Source: Archangium sp. (GTDB lineage: Bacteria > Myxococcota > Myxococcia > Myxococcales > Myxococcaceae). From it: 38,314 nucleotides of DNA. The position numbers and the translations under genes were made by a program. Positions within the stretch are counted from its first letter, which is position 1, and every line of letters begins with the position of its first letter. The DNA lies in NCBI GenBank assembly GCA_031367385.1, contig JANLPS010000316.1:1-38314 (forward strand), written 5' to 3'. Below the pieces are notes generated by a model. The model was not told the DNA's origin, made no database searches, and saw nothing but the letters and a program-made list of their open reading frames with translations. Below, one piece after another: positions 1 to 9,700 of this stretch.

Positions 1-63
1 GCTCCGGCCATTCCTCCCGAGGTGAAGGCGGCGATACCCCCCGAAGCGACCCCGACCAAGTAA
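1..63 (+). CDS. 3' end of a gene entering from the left (…APAIPPEVKAAIPPEATPTK*), product unknown
   Basis: Frame 1 is open from base 1 to TAA at 61-63, has GC-rich third positions and is followed by a terminator-like hairpin. Confidence 0.55.
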   Translation, partial: APAIPPEVKAAIPPEATPTK

Positions 64-82
64 CGTTCGAGTCGTTTTGACG

Positions 83-122
83 AAGCCCGGCGCGCCATTC
101 TGGTGGCTCGCTGGGCTTTATT
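83..122. terminator. Intrinsic terminator-like hairpin between convergent genes
   Basis: Imperfect stem AAGCCCGGCG-CGCCA…TGGC-TCGCTGGGCTT followed by TATT; lies between the + stop at 63 and the - stop at 198. Confidence 0.55.
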
Positions 123-197
123 GCGTTGGCGGGGTGGCGTGTCAGAACGCGTCGGGCGTGGCTTGCCTGGCGAAAATCGGCGAAGGCGGTGGTGGCC

Positions 198-3100
198 TCA
201 CTCCTCCCCTTCGGCACGTTTGTGTTCGACCGCACGCTTCGAGATGAGCGCAATCAGCGCCTCGGTTGAAAACGCTGATGCCTGGTCGGTACCTTCGAGC
301 ACCCGCGCGACGAGTGACCGTTTCGCCGCGTGGAGCGAGAGCATCTCTTCTTCGATGGTGCCCATGGCGACCAGGCGAAAAATGGTGACCGGTTGGGTCT
401 GGCCCAAGCGGTGCGCGCGGTCGGAGGCTTGATCTTCGACCGCCGGGTTCCACCAGGGGTCGAGGTGAATCACGGTCGAGGCGGCGGTCAGGTTGAGGCC
501 GAAGCCGCCGGCCTTGAGCGAGATGAGAAACAGCGGCGCGTCACCGTCTTGAAATTCGTGCACCCGCTCGGCCCGGGCCTGCCTCGGCGTCTGACCGTCG
601 AGGTACACCGAGGCCAGGCCGCGCGCGTCGAGCGCCTCTCGCACCAGCGCCAGGTGCGAGGTGAATTGACTGAAGATCAGGGTGCGGTGGCCCTCGGCGC
701 GCAGCTCGTCGACGAGCTCGAGCAGCCGGGCCAGCTTCGAAGACGCCACGGTCGAGTGCTCGTTGTGCAGCTTCGGGTGCGCTGCGATCAACCGCAGCCG
801 TGTCAGCGCCGCCAGCACCTCGACCCGGCGTTCTTGCTCTCGCATCTTCGACTTCGGCGTCTCGAGATCAGACAACGCCGCAAGCCTGGCGTCTTCATAG
901 AGCTGCCACTCGGCGCTTGAGAGAATGACCGGCACCCGCACTTCGGTGCGCGGCGGCAGCTCGGTCGCGACCTGGTCTTTGGTGCGCCGCAACATGAAAG
1001 GCGCGAGCACCCGTGACAGCGCCGGAGCCGCGGCCGGGTCGAGCTGCTTCTCGATCGGCACCGCGAATTTGCCGCGAAACGTCTCCCAGCTGCCGAAGAG
1101 CGGTGGAAAAACGATGGCGTAGAGGCTCCACAGCTCGCCCAGGTGGTTCTCGACCGGAGTGCCCGACAGTGCACACTTGAAGTCAGCTTTGAGCTGCCGG
1201 GCGGCGCGAAATCGCTGGGTCTTTGAGTTTTTCAACCCCTGGGCTTCGTCGAAGACCGCGGTCGCGAAGTGCACTGCCGCGAGCCGCTGAAGGTCACGAA
1301 CCAGCAGGCCATAGCTGACCACCAGCACGTCGCCTGGGCCCAGTTGCGAGAGCGCGTGGTCTCGGTGCTCGAGCTCTGCGTACACGGTGAGCTTGAGCGA
1401 CGGAGCGAAACGGGCGGCCTCTTCTTGCCAATTGAAGGCGACGCTGGTCGGAGCGACCACCAGCGCCGGCCCGAGCGTGTTGCGGTGCAACAGGAGCGCG
1501 AGGGCCTGCACGGTCTTGCCCAGACCCATGTCGTCGGCCAGCACCCCGCCGGCGCCCCATGCCGCAAGCGTGGCCAGCCACCGAAAGCCGTCGATCTGGT
1601 AGCTGCGGAGCTCGGCTTGAAGACCGTCGGGCGCTTCGAGCACCAGCGCCTTGGCCGCGGCGATGCGGGCCTCGAGGGCGCGCCACGCGTCGTCGGTCTC
1701 GAGGTGGCTGCCAACGGCCTCGAGCGCTTGAATTGCGCCCATCGCCGCGGGGCCGAGCTCGAAGCCATGCTTCGAGGCGTGGAGGTGATCTCCCAAGCGC
1801 TCGAGATGCAATCGCAGCGCTTCGGTCAGCTCGAGGTAGGTGTGGGTGTCGACCTGAAGGTAGCGATCTCGTCGTCGCACGGCGTCGATCAACCGAGCCA
1901 GCTCGACGCGTTCTCCTGCGACGTTCAGCTCACCGAGCACCCCGAACCACTCGCGACGCCGCTCGAGCACGACCTTGAGCGCCCCTGGCCCGTGGGCACC
2001 GAGGCTGCGAACCGACTTGCCCACCCACTCGAGCTCGAGCGGCGGCGCGTGGTGCGACACCACGTCGAGCAGCTCGAGTGCCTTCTGCGCGGCGTCGAAG
2101 CGAAATTGAAAAGGCAGATGCAGGGGCTCGGCCGACGACAGGGGGAGCCGCTCGCACAGGGCCCGCGCATCGTGTTGTTCGGCCCTGAGATCTCGCAGCG
2201 CGTGCACCGCCCGCTCCCCCCGGCGCAGGTGAACATCTCGAGCGCCGTCACCTGGCACCAGCGCGGGGCCATCGGGCAAAGGGCGAACCCGCACCTCGAC
2301 CACCACGCCGCCCGTCTCCTCGACCTGGAGCCGCAGCACCATCGCGCGCATCGCGGGCACCGACTCGCCCATCACGCTGCGGGGCATCGAGACCGGCAGG
2401 TGCTGCGCCCACTTCGAGAGGGCCACCAGCAGCGCGGAGTGGCTCTCGGGGGGAAACACATCTCGCGACTGGTGAAGAACCTTGAGCACCGAGCGCATCT
2501 CGGGCTTGACCTCGAGCAGGGTCAGCCGTCGGGGCCCTTCGTCCCAGAAGAAGAGCACCTCGTGGGGGCTCGCGGTGCGAACCCGTTCACGCAGGCCGTC
2601 GGGCAGGGTCGCTCCGTCGACCCCGGGTCGCACGTGCACCGAGCCGAGGCGCTGTTCGGCCACCAGGCCCACCACCGCGCGCTCGACCCGGGCGGCGCGC
2701 TCAGGCGCATCGCGCAAGACCACGCGGGGGTGATCGACCAGCGCTTCGAGAAAGACCCGCGAGACGAACGCGTCACCCTCATCGCTGCCAGGCAGCAAGG
2801 AGGCCAACGTCGCGTCAGTGGGTGACAGCTTCGAGCCGTGCAGGCGCAGCAGCCCTTGCTTCGGCAGCTCGACCCACTTCGAAGGGCCTCGCTTGGTCAT
2901 CGCCGCGACTTCGACACCCAGGGTGTCGACAATTCGAATGCCCCACGTCAGCGCCAGCCCGTGGGTCGCGGGGTCGGCCTCGAAGACCTGCTCAAGAGAC
3001 TCCAAGGTGCGCTGCCAGGCTGGCCGCAGCAGGTTCTCGAGCGTCTTGGTCTGCGCCTCGGTACGGGCCTGCTGGCACCAGAGCAGCGCGCTGTCGAGGG

Positions 3101-3671
3101 CCGCCAAAACATGCACGCACTGGTCAAAACCGCACGAGCACTTCACGCTCGGCGGCGCCAGGGTCACCGTGGTCTCGGCCTTCTGAAAGGCCCCCGAAGG
3201 CCGGGTCTCGCTCGGCAGCACGTCACGCACCTTGAACCCCGGCAACGCCAGATCCACCGAGACTGGGGCGAGCTGCTCCAGCGGAGTGACCGAAGCCGGT
3301 ATGGCGGCACGCAGCTGCAAGACGACGTCGAAGACCGCCCGGCCCGAGACGTCGTCGGGGGGCGTGAGCCTCGAAGTAACCGTGGCCCGGGCTCGAGCGA
3401 CCGAGGCCTGCTCGGCGTCAATGAACTGCAGCACACCCGCCTCGAGGGCCACCCGCTCGGCCGAAGCCGCCAACCACTGCTTCGAGCGCTCGAGCTGGTC
3501 ACGGCTGGCCAGCTCAATCAACCGCTTCTTGGCGCCGAAGACCCAAAGCGCCTCATGAAACCGCGGCGCGACGAACGGGGCAATCGCCTCGAAGCTCAGC
3601 CGCGAGACATGGGCGAGGTCGTTGGCGGCGAGCCAGGCCAGCAGCTGGGCGCGGGTCGCGAACGGGGTCAT
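198..3671 (-). CDS. SWIM zinc finger-containing SNF2/SWI2-family helicase-like ATPase
   Basis: SWIM motif CSCGFDQCVH; helicase motifs LADDMGLGKT, DEAQ, LSGTPVENHLGELWS, LIFSQFT, SLKAGGFGLNLT and DPWWNPAVEDQASDRAHRLGQ. Start placed at ATG 3671 (MTPFAT…), 4 nt after the upstream MarR stop, rather than at 3728. Confidence 0.93.
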   Translation of the reverse strand: MTPFATRAQLLAWLAANDLAHVSRLSFEAIAPFVAPRFHEALWVFGAKKRLIELASRDQLERSKQWLAASAERVALEAGVLQFIDAEQASVARARATVTSRLTPPDDVSGRAVFDVVLQLRAAIPASVTPLEQLAPVSVDLALPGFKVRDVLPSETRPSGAFQKAETTVTLAPPSVKCSCGFDQCVHVLAALDSALLWCQQARTEAQTKTLENLLRPAWQRTLESLEQVFEADPATHGLALTWGIRIVDTLGVEVAAMTKRGPSKWVELPKQGLLRLHGSKLSPTDATLASLLPGSDEGDAFVSRVFLEALVDHPRVVLRDAPERAARVERAVVGLVAEQRLGSVHVRPGVDGATLPDGLRERVRTASPHEVLFFWDEGPRRLTLLEVKPEMRSVLKVLHQSRDVFPPESHSALLVALSKWAQHLPVSMPRSVMGESVPAMRAMVLRLQVEETGGVVVEVRVRPLPDGPALVPGDGARDVHLRRGERAVHALRDLRAEQHDARALCERLPLSSAEPLHLPFQFRFDAAQKALELLDVVSHHAPPLELEWVGKSVRSLGAHGPGALKVVLERRREWFGVLGELNVAGERVELARLIDAVRRRDRYLQVDTHTYLELTEALRLHLERLGDHLHASKHGFELGPAAMGAIQALEAVGSHLETDDAWRALEARIAAAKALVLEAPDGLQAELRSYQIDGFRWLATLAAWGAGGVLADDMGLGKTVQALALLLHRNTLGPALVVAPTSVAFNWQEEAARFAPSLKLTVYAELEHRDHALSQLGPGDVLVVSYGLLVRDLQRLAAVHFATAVFDEAQGLKNSKTQRFRAARQLKADFKCALSGTPVENHLGELWSLYAIVFPPLFGSWETFRGKFAVPIEKQLDPAAAPALSRVLAPFMLRRTKDQVATELPPRTEVRVPVILSSAEWQLYEDARLAALSDLETPKSKMREQERRVEVLAALTRLRLIAAHPKLHNEHSTVASSKLARLLELVDELRAEGHRTLIFSQFTSHLALVREALDARGLASVYLDGQTPRQARAERVHEFQDGDAPLFLISLKAGGFGLNLTAASTVIHLDPWWNPAVEDQASDRAHRLGQTQPVTIFRLVAMGTIEEEMLSLHAAKRSLVARVLEGTDQASAFSTEALIALISKRAVEHKRAEGEE

Positions 3672-3675
3672 CACA

Positions 3676-4113
3676 TCAACCCGGCTTCGAGGCCAGCTGG
3701 GCCACGATTCGCCGCAGATGGCTCGCATCGGTTCTGCCCAGGCGCTTTGCCATCGCCCCGTCGAGCGCAGCCTGGGCCGCCGAAACCGTCACCAGGGCGC
3801 GCAACCCGTCGGGCTTGATCGACACCTCGCACGCCCGCATGTCGGTCAGCGAGTCTTGCACCAGCACCAGCCCACCCCGCGCCAGCTTCTTGAGCTCTCT
3901 GGCACAGAACTGCTTGGTCACTCCAGCCGCGCGCGCCAACGCCTGAATGGTCACCGACCCACCACGGAGCTCGTACAGCAATCGCAGTGAAGGCAACGAC
4001 ACGTCGGCGAACCCCCGCGCCACCAACGCCGCGACGACCGCCTCTCGCTCGGCCTGCAGCACCGGCGAAAGCAGCATGAACAGCGGAGCTCCCTCGACTT
4101 CGCGCTTTGACAT
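3676..4113 (-). CDS. MarR-family winged-helix transcriptional regulator
   Basis: 145 aa with LRLLYEL…VTIQALARAAGVTKQ…LKKLARGGLV…DMRACEVSIKPDG pattern. Confidence 0.85.
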   Translation of the reverse strand: MSKREVEGAPLFMLLSPVLQAEREAVVAALVARGFADVSLPSLRLLYELRGGSVTIQALARAAGVTKQFCARELKKLARGGLVLVQDSLTDMRACEVSIKPDGLRALVTVSAAQAALDGAMAKRLGRTDASHLRRIVAQLASKPG

Positions 4114-4185
4114 GGGCCACCCTCAAGTGCCAGGAATCGACACCTTGGGTGACCATATCGAACCGCGCACCCCCTGGAGCCTCAG

Positions 4186-4956
4186 ATGCTGACCACCGTC
4201 GAGCTGCCAACCCGTGACGGCGCCTGCCGCACCTCGATTCTCACCCCAGAGTCGGGCACCGGGCCCTGGCCGGGCGTCATCTTCTGCATCGATGGTGGGG
4301 GGCCGCGGCACACCCTCGACGAGATGGCGCAGCGAATCGCGAATGGTGGCTACGTGGTCGCGGTGCCAGATCTCTTTCACCGGGTCGGGTCGGTGTTCGA
4401 CCTGTTGCCAGAGGGCATGCCCAAAACCGCCAAGTCGTTGGTGGGCATGTTCGGCAACACTGCGTTTCGAGAGAAGTTTCGCTCGACGTTCTACGCCTCA
4501 GCGACCAACGAAGAGAACCTGAGGGCCGATATTGGCGCGGTGCTCTCGCACTTCAAGACCCTGCCCTCGGTTCGACCCGGCGCGGTAGGCACGACGGGGT
4601 ACTGCATGGGCGGCAACATCAGCTTGCGGCTCGCCGGCCTGTTCGGCTCGCAGGTCGGCGTCGCCACCTCTTTTCATGGGGGCGGGTTGGCCACCCCAGC
4701 GCCCGACAGCCCGCATCTGGGGGCCAGCGCCATCACAGCCACCTTCTACGCCGGCTGCGCGGTAGACGACCCGACCTGCACCGACGAAATGAAAGCGACA
4801 CTCGCCGCCGCGCTCACGCAGGCCAAGGTCGAGCACACCATCGAGACCTACCCGGGCGCGAAGCACGGGTTCGCCGTGCACGACACCCCTGCCTTCAACG
4901 CCGAAGCAGCCGAGCGGCACTATGCGGTGCTCGAGCGGTTGTTCGCGAAGCTCTAA
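4186..4956 (+). CDS. Dienelactone hydrolase family alpha/beta hydrolase
   Basis: Nucleophile motif GYCMGG, GYVVAVPDLFHR, SFHGG and C-terminal YPGAKHGF; GGAG upstream of the ATG. Confidence 0.92.
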   Translation: MLTTVELPTRDGACRTSILTPESGTGPWPGVIFCIDGGGPRHTLDEMAQRIANGGYVVAVPDLFHRVGSVFDLLPEGMPKTAKSLVGMFGNTAFREKFRSTFYASATNEENLRADIGAVLSHFKTLPSVRPGAVGTTGYCMGGNISLRLAGLFGSQVGVATSFHGGGLATPAPDSPHLGASAITATFYAGCAVDDPTCTDEMKATLAAALTQAKVEHTIETYPGAKHGFAVHDTPAFNAEAAERHYAVLERLFAKL

Positions 4957-4973
4957 TCTCTCGAGGCGAGCGC

Positions 4974-5162
4974 TCAGCCCTGAGCGGGTGCCGGCTTGGT
5001 TGCGCTGTCGCTGGTGGTCGCCGGCTCGGTCTGAGGCTGCTGCGAGACCTGCTCGGCCTTGTGCGCCCGAATCGCGTCGCGGCGCTTGACCCACGCTTCT
5101 TCAGACGCGCAGCCAGTGCTCATCACCACCAACAGCCCAGCGGAAATCAGAAATCGACTCAT
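4974..5162 (-). CDS. Small (62 aa) putative lipoprotein
   Basis: MSRFLISAGLLVVMSTGC is a signal peptide with lipobox-like STGC; GAGG precedes the ATG; downstream of pal on the same strand. Confidence 0.65.
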   Translation of the reverse strand: MSRFLISAGLLVVMSTGCASEEAWVKRRDAIRAHKAEQVSQQPQTEPATTSDSATKPAPAQG

Positions 5163-5238
5163 GTTCGGCCTCACGGTTTTGGGGGGAATTCGGTCGCGCC
5201 AGACGCACTGACCGAAAACCCATTGCCGTGAGGGGAAC
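5163..5238 (-). promoter_or_regulatory. Long intergenic hairpin that pairs the RBS of the small lipoprotein gene
   Basis: Nested inverted repeats GTTC/GAAC, CCTCACGG(5169-5176)/CCGTGAGG(5226-5233), GGG/CCC and TTCGGTC(5189-5195)/GACCGAA(5210-5216). Confidence 0.5.
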
Positions 5239-5256
5239 CCTTTTCTGCGCTTTGAG

Positions 5257-5766
5257 TTACTTCGCGGCCTGCACTTCGTCACGGCGGTTGGCCGCCCAGG
5301 CATCTTCAGAGTGGCGGGGGTCGGCCGGCTTCTCGCTCCCGTAGCTGATGTCGTCGACCTGTGCGACCGAGACGCCGAGGTCGGTGAGGTACTTGCGCGC
5401 CACGCCAGCCCGTCGCGAGCCGAGCATCATGTTGTACTCGGTGGTGCCGCGCTCATCGCAGTTGCCTTCGACGCGCACTTTGAGGTTCGGGTGCTTCTTC
5501 AAGACCGAGCCGATCTTCTGCAGCGCATCTTGTGACTCGGGCTTGAGGGTCGCGGCGTCGAAGTCGAAGCGAATGGTCGCCGTCTTCAGCGCAGCCTCGA
5601 GGTCTTCACGGCCGGTCGGCAACTCAGGGGTCACGGCGGGCGCGACCTTCACGATCGGCGCGGCCGGGGTGTTCGAGGTCTCGGTGGTGTCGGCCACCAC
5701 GGGGGGCTGGTGAGCGCAACCAACGGCCAACAACACAGGCACCAAGACAGCAATCAATCGGTTCAT
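5257..5766 (-). CDS. pal: Peptidoglycan-associated lipoprotein (Pal/OmpA_C)
   Basis: Lipobox AVGC; IRFDFD, VEGNCDERGTTEYNMMLGSRRA, SYGSEKP and WAANRR motifs; strong RBS AAGGAG. Confidence 0.88.
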   Translation of the reverse strand: MNRLIAVLVPVLLAVGCAHQPPVVADTTETSNTPAAPIVKVAPAVTPELPTGREDLEAALKTATIRFDFDAATLKPESQDALQKIGSVLKKHPNLKVRVEGNCDERGTTEYNMMLGSRRAGVARKYLTDLGVSVAQVDDISYGSEKPADPRHSEDAWAANRRDEVQAAK

Positions 5767-5798
5767 GGCATCTCCTTACGGGGCGAGTACGGCGAGGC

Positions 5799-5815
5799 TG
5801 CAATTTTCAAACCGG
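5799..5815 (-). promoter_or_regulatory. Possible sigma-54 (-24/-12) promoter for pal
   Basis: Minus strand reads CCGG-TTTGAAAATT-GCA, i.e. GG-N10-GC with TTGCA, about 32 nt upstream of the ATG; the -24 half deviates from TGGCAC. Confidence 0.4.
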
Positions 5816-6056
5816 CATTTACCCGGCCTGATCGCAGGGGCAACAGGCAAATGACCCGGTGTCGGCGATTCGGCGCAGGCCCATCAGCGGCCTGAATCGA
5901 GCCGTTTGGCTCGGCCAGGGCCACACAGCGGCACTCCCGGAGAAGGGTGACCCGACGCTGCCCGCCTCGACGTGCCACCCGGAGTCACCACCAAATCGTC
6001 ACAGTTGTGGTCAAACGGCTCGCCCGCGGGGGAGGCGAAGGCTGGTGGCGCCAATG

Positions 6057-6074
6057 TCGTTGGATATCCAACGA
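6057..6074. promoter_or_regulatory. Perfect 18-bp palindrome, likely operator for the adjacent MarR
   Basis: TCGTTGGATATCCAACGA is its own reverse complement and lies 20 nt upstream of the marR ATG. Confidence 0.65.
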
Positions 6075-6094
6075 GGCTGGGCTACGCCCAGCGC

Positions 6095-6538
6095 ATGTCT
6101 TCGGAGCTGCCCCCCGCCCTCGAATTCTTGCAGCAACTGTGGCACGTCAACCACGCCCTCGAACGGCTCTCCAGCCGCATGGAGCGCTCGATTGGAGTCA
6201 CCGGCCAGCAACGGTTGGTCGTGCGGTGTGTCGGGCGCAACCCAGGCATGCTCGCCGGGCAGCTGGCCCAGGTGCTCCACCTCGACCGGGGCACCGTCTC
6301 AGCGACCGTGAAGCGGCTCGAGGCCAAGAAGCTCATCACGCGCCGCAGTGACCCGCGCGATGGGCGGCGGGTCTCGCTGCGGTTGACCAAGAAGGGCCAG
6401 GCGCTCGATCGCCCCCGAAAAGGCACCGCGGAGCACGCGGTCGAAGCGATGATTCGCAGCCAGCCCTCGTCGCAGATCGGCGCGACCCGCGAAGTGCTGC
6501 TCGAATTGGCCCAGCGGCTGCTCGCAGAAATGGCGTAA
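6095..6538 (+). CDS. MarR-family transcriptional regulator
   Basis: GVTGQQRLVVR…GQLAQVLHLDRGTVSATVKRLEAKKLITR…DGRRVSLRLTKKG; start placed at ATG 6095 (MSSELPPALEF). Confidence 0.92.
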   Translation: MSSELPPALEFLQQLWHVNHALERLSSRMERSIGVTGQQRLVVRCVGRNPGMLAGQLAQVLHLDRGTVSATVKRLEAKKLITRRSDPRDGRRVSLRLTKKGQALDRPRKGTAEHAVEAMIRSQPSSQIGATREVLLELAQRLLAEMA

Positions 6539-6548
6539 ATCAGCGCGC

Positions 6549-6729
6549 ATGGCCCAGCTCCCCTTCAAGGCCGCGTATTTCTTCAGACCCGGCTTCATTC
6601 AGCCGCTCCGGCATCACGTCGAAGGCCGGGCTCTCCCGGGCCATCTACAGCCTGATGGGCCCCTTCTACCCGCGGTGCTCCCTCGAAAATCGCGGCATCA
6701 AGGCGATCGCCACCGGTCGATCTCCTTGA
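6549..6729 (+). pseudogene. Frameshifted, internally deleted C-terminal remnant of an NAD(P)-binding epimerase/oxidoreductase-like gene
   Basis: LPFKAAYFFRPGFIQPL (to 6608), then a frameshift to GITSKAGLSRAIYSLMGPFYP…LENRGIKAIA; this matches the C-terminal pattern I recall for a bacterial NAD(P)H-binding family; no N-terminal Rossmann motif. Confidence 0.6.
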
Positions 6730-6762
6730 AATAGTGGACGCAGCGTCTAGATATAGGCGCCC

Positions 6763-9700
6763 ATGTGGATCGTTCGCCTCGCGTTACGCCGGCCGTACAC
6801 CTTCGTCGTTCTCGCGTTGGTGCTGATGATCGGCGGCATTCAGGTCATCTCGAAGACGCCGACTGACATTCTCCCGAACGTCGACATCCCCGTCATCTCG
6901 GTGGTGTGGACCTATACGGGCCTGCCCGCGCAGCAGATGGAGCAGCAGCTGACCCAGTTCAGCGAGTTCTCGATCGCCGGCAACACCGCGGGCATCTCGA
7001 ACGTGGTGAGCGAGACCTACGACGGCGTGAGCGTAATTCGGGTCTTCTTGCACCCGGGCACCGACGTGGCGGCGGCGATGGCGCAGATCACCGCTGCCTC
7101 GCAGACCATCTTGCGCCGCATGCCGCCAGGCACGATTCCTCCAATCATTTTGCGGTACTCGGCCTCGTCGGTGCCGATCGTGCAGCTCGCCTTCACCAGC
7201 GACACGCTCAGCGAAGCCGAGATCTTCGAACACGCGAACAACCGCGTTCGCACCGCGCTCTCGGTCATCCCCGGCACGCGCTTCCCTTTTCCGGCGGGCG
7301 GCAAGCAGCGGCAGGTGGTCGTCGACCTCGACCCGCAGGCGCTGCGTCAATACGGGCTGTCTCCGCAAGACGTGAACCTGGCGGTGGCCTCGCAGAACCT
7401 GACCTTGCCGACCGGCAGCACGAAAGTGGGTGAGCGCGAGTACCGCTTCGGTATGAACTCGAGCCCCGAGGCGATCTCCGCGCTCAACGACATACCCGTG
7501 CGTCGCAGCGATGGCCGCACCGTGTTTCTGCGCGAGCTTGCCTGGGTGCACGACGGGTTCGCGGTGCAGACCAACATCGCTCGTCGAGACGGGCAGCGCG
7601 CGGTGGTGCTCTCGGTGATGAAGACCGGCGAAGCCTCGACCATCGAGGTGGCCCACCAGGTTCGGGCGCTGTTGCCCACCTTGCAAGCCGCCGCGCCCGA
7701 GGGGCTCACCATCGAGCTGCTGGCCGACCAATCGACCTTCGTGTCGCACTCGATCGAAGGGCTGCTGGTCGAAGGCTTGATCGCGGCGGCACTCACGGCC
7801 GCGATGATTCTGATTTTTCTGGGCAGTTGGCGCTCGACCGTCATCGTCGCGGTGTCGATACCGCTCTCAGTGGTCGCGTCGTTGATTGGCTTGCGCGCGC
7901 TGGGCCACACCGTGAACGCGATGACCCTGGGAGGCCTGGCCCTGGCGGTCGGCATTCTGGTCGACGACGCCACCGTCGAAATCGAAAACATTCACCGCAA
8001 CCTCGCGATGGGCAAGCCGCTGACGCGGGCGATTCTCGACGGCGCGCAGCAGATCGCCGTGCCCGCGTTCGTGGCCTCGCTGGCGATCAGCATCGTGTTC
8101 GTCTCGGTGGTGTTTCTCGAGGGGCCGGCGCGTTTCTTGTTTCTGCCGATGGGCCTCGCGGTGGCCTTCGCGGTGATGGCCTCGTACCTGCTGTCGCGAA
8201 CGCTGGTGCCGACGATGGTGAAGTTCTTGCTGGCTGCGGAGGTCGGCCACGAGCCGCAGACGCTCGGGTTTTTCGGTCGGTTGCACGCCCGCTTCGAGCG
8301 AGGGTTCGAAGCGGCTCGCGACGCGTACGTGGGCTTTTTGGGCGCTGCTCTCGCTCGGCCCAAGACCGTGCTCGCCGTCTTCGCCTCGCTCGTCGTCGGC
8401 GCGGGAATGCTCGCGCTCTTCGTCGGCCGCGACTTTTTCCCCAAGATTGATGCGGGCAAACTGCGCCTTCACGTCGTCGCACCGGCAGGCACTCGCATCG
8501 AAGAGACCGAGGCGTACTTCGCCGACGTCGAGCGCGCGGTCTCAGAGCTGATCGAGCCCGCAGACCGAACCTTGATGCTCGATCAAATCGGTGCTCCCGG
8601 CGGGTACAACCTGGCGATCACCGACAGCGCCAACGTCAGCAGCAACGACGGAGAGCTGCTCGTCGTGCTCAGCGATGCGCGCACCCACAGCACTCAAGAC
8701 TACGAGCGAATTCTGCGCCGCGAGCTGCCCACCCGTTTCCCCCAGCTGCAGTTCTATTTTCAGCCCGCCGACATCGTGACGCAGATCTTGAACTTCGGGT
8801 TGCCCTCGGCGATTGACGTGCAGATCTCCGGGCAGAAGCGCGACCTGACCTACGCCGCCGCTCGCAAGCTCGAGACCGCGTTGCAAAAAGTACCCGGGCT
8901 GGTCGACGTGCGCTTGCACCAGCAGGTCGATGCGCCGAAGTTTCAATTCGAGGTCGATCGCTCGCGCGCGGCCGAGGTAGGGCTCACCCAGCGCGACATC
9001 GCCAACAACGTGCTGCTGGCGGTCTCGTCGAGTGGCCAGGTGGCTCCGAACTTCTGGAGCGACCCCAAGACCGGCCTCTCGTACGCCGTCGCCGTACAGG
9101 TGCCTGAGCAGCGCATCGACTCGGTCGATTCAGTGCTGGGCATCGCGGTGCCGACGCCCAAGGGGCCTCAGCTGCTGGGTGATTTGGGCCAGGTCACCCG
9201 CCAGCGCACCCAGGTCTTCATCAGCCGGGTGAACGTGCAGCCGACGTTCAACGTGCGCGCCGACGTGCAAGACGTCGACCTGGGCGCGGTCGCCGGGCCC
9301 TTGCACGCGCTCGAGACCGAGGTGCGCAAGACGTTGCCCCCGGGTGCGACCATCACCATTCGCGGCCAGCTCGAGAGCATGGAGTCGGCCTTCTGGTCAT
9401 TGGGCCTCGGCCTGCTGGTCGCGGGGCTGCTCGTCTACGCGCTGATGGTGATCAACTTTCAGTCGTGGCTCGACCCATTCATCATTCTCACCGCACTGCC
9501 TGGCGCCGCGGTCGGCATCGTGGTCTCGCTCTTCGTGACCCAGACGACCTTCTCCATACCCTCGTTGATGGGGGCGGTGATGAGCATCGGCGTCGCGACG
9601 GCCAACTCGATTCTGGTGGTGACCTTCGCCAACTCGGTGCGGGCAGAGGGGTTGAATTCGGTGCAAGCCGCGCTCGAAGCAGGCCGGGTGCGCTTGCGGC

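Noticed and set aside
1269..2825. Long opposite-strand ORFs (518 aa here; also 26629-27888, 33325-34704, 15840-16991, 37582-38292)
   Set aside because: Antisense shadows of well-supported genes, expected in high-GC DNA; no recognisable motifs
198..3671. SNF2 helicase as part of an anti-phage system (DISARM/Zorya-like)
   Set aside because: No DNA methylase, nuclease, DUF1998 or ZorAB neighbours; the pal and OmpA genes are ordinary envelope proteins
5935..5992. Resemblance to a cobalamin riboswitch core (GGTG…CCG.CGCTGCCCGC…GCCAC)
   Set aside because: It lacks the GGGAA, T-loop and ACTGT elements and the B12 box, and the flanking genes are not B12-related
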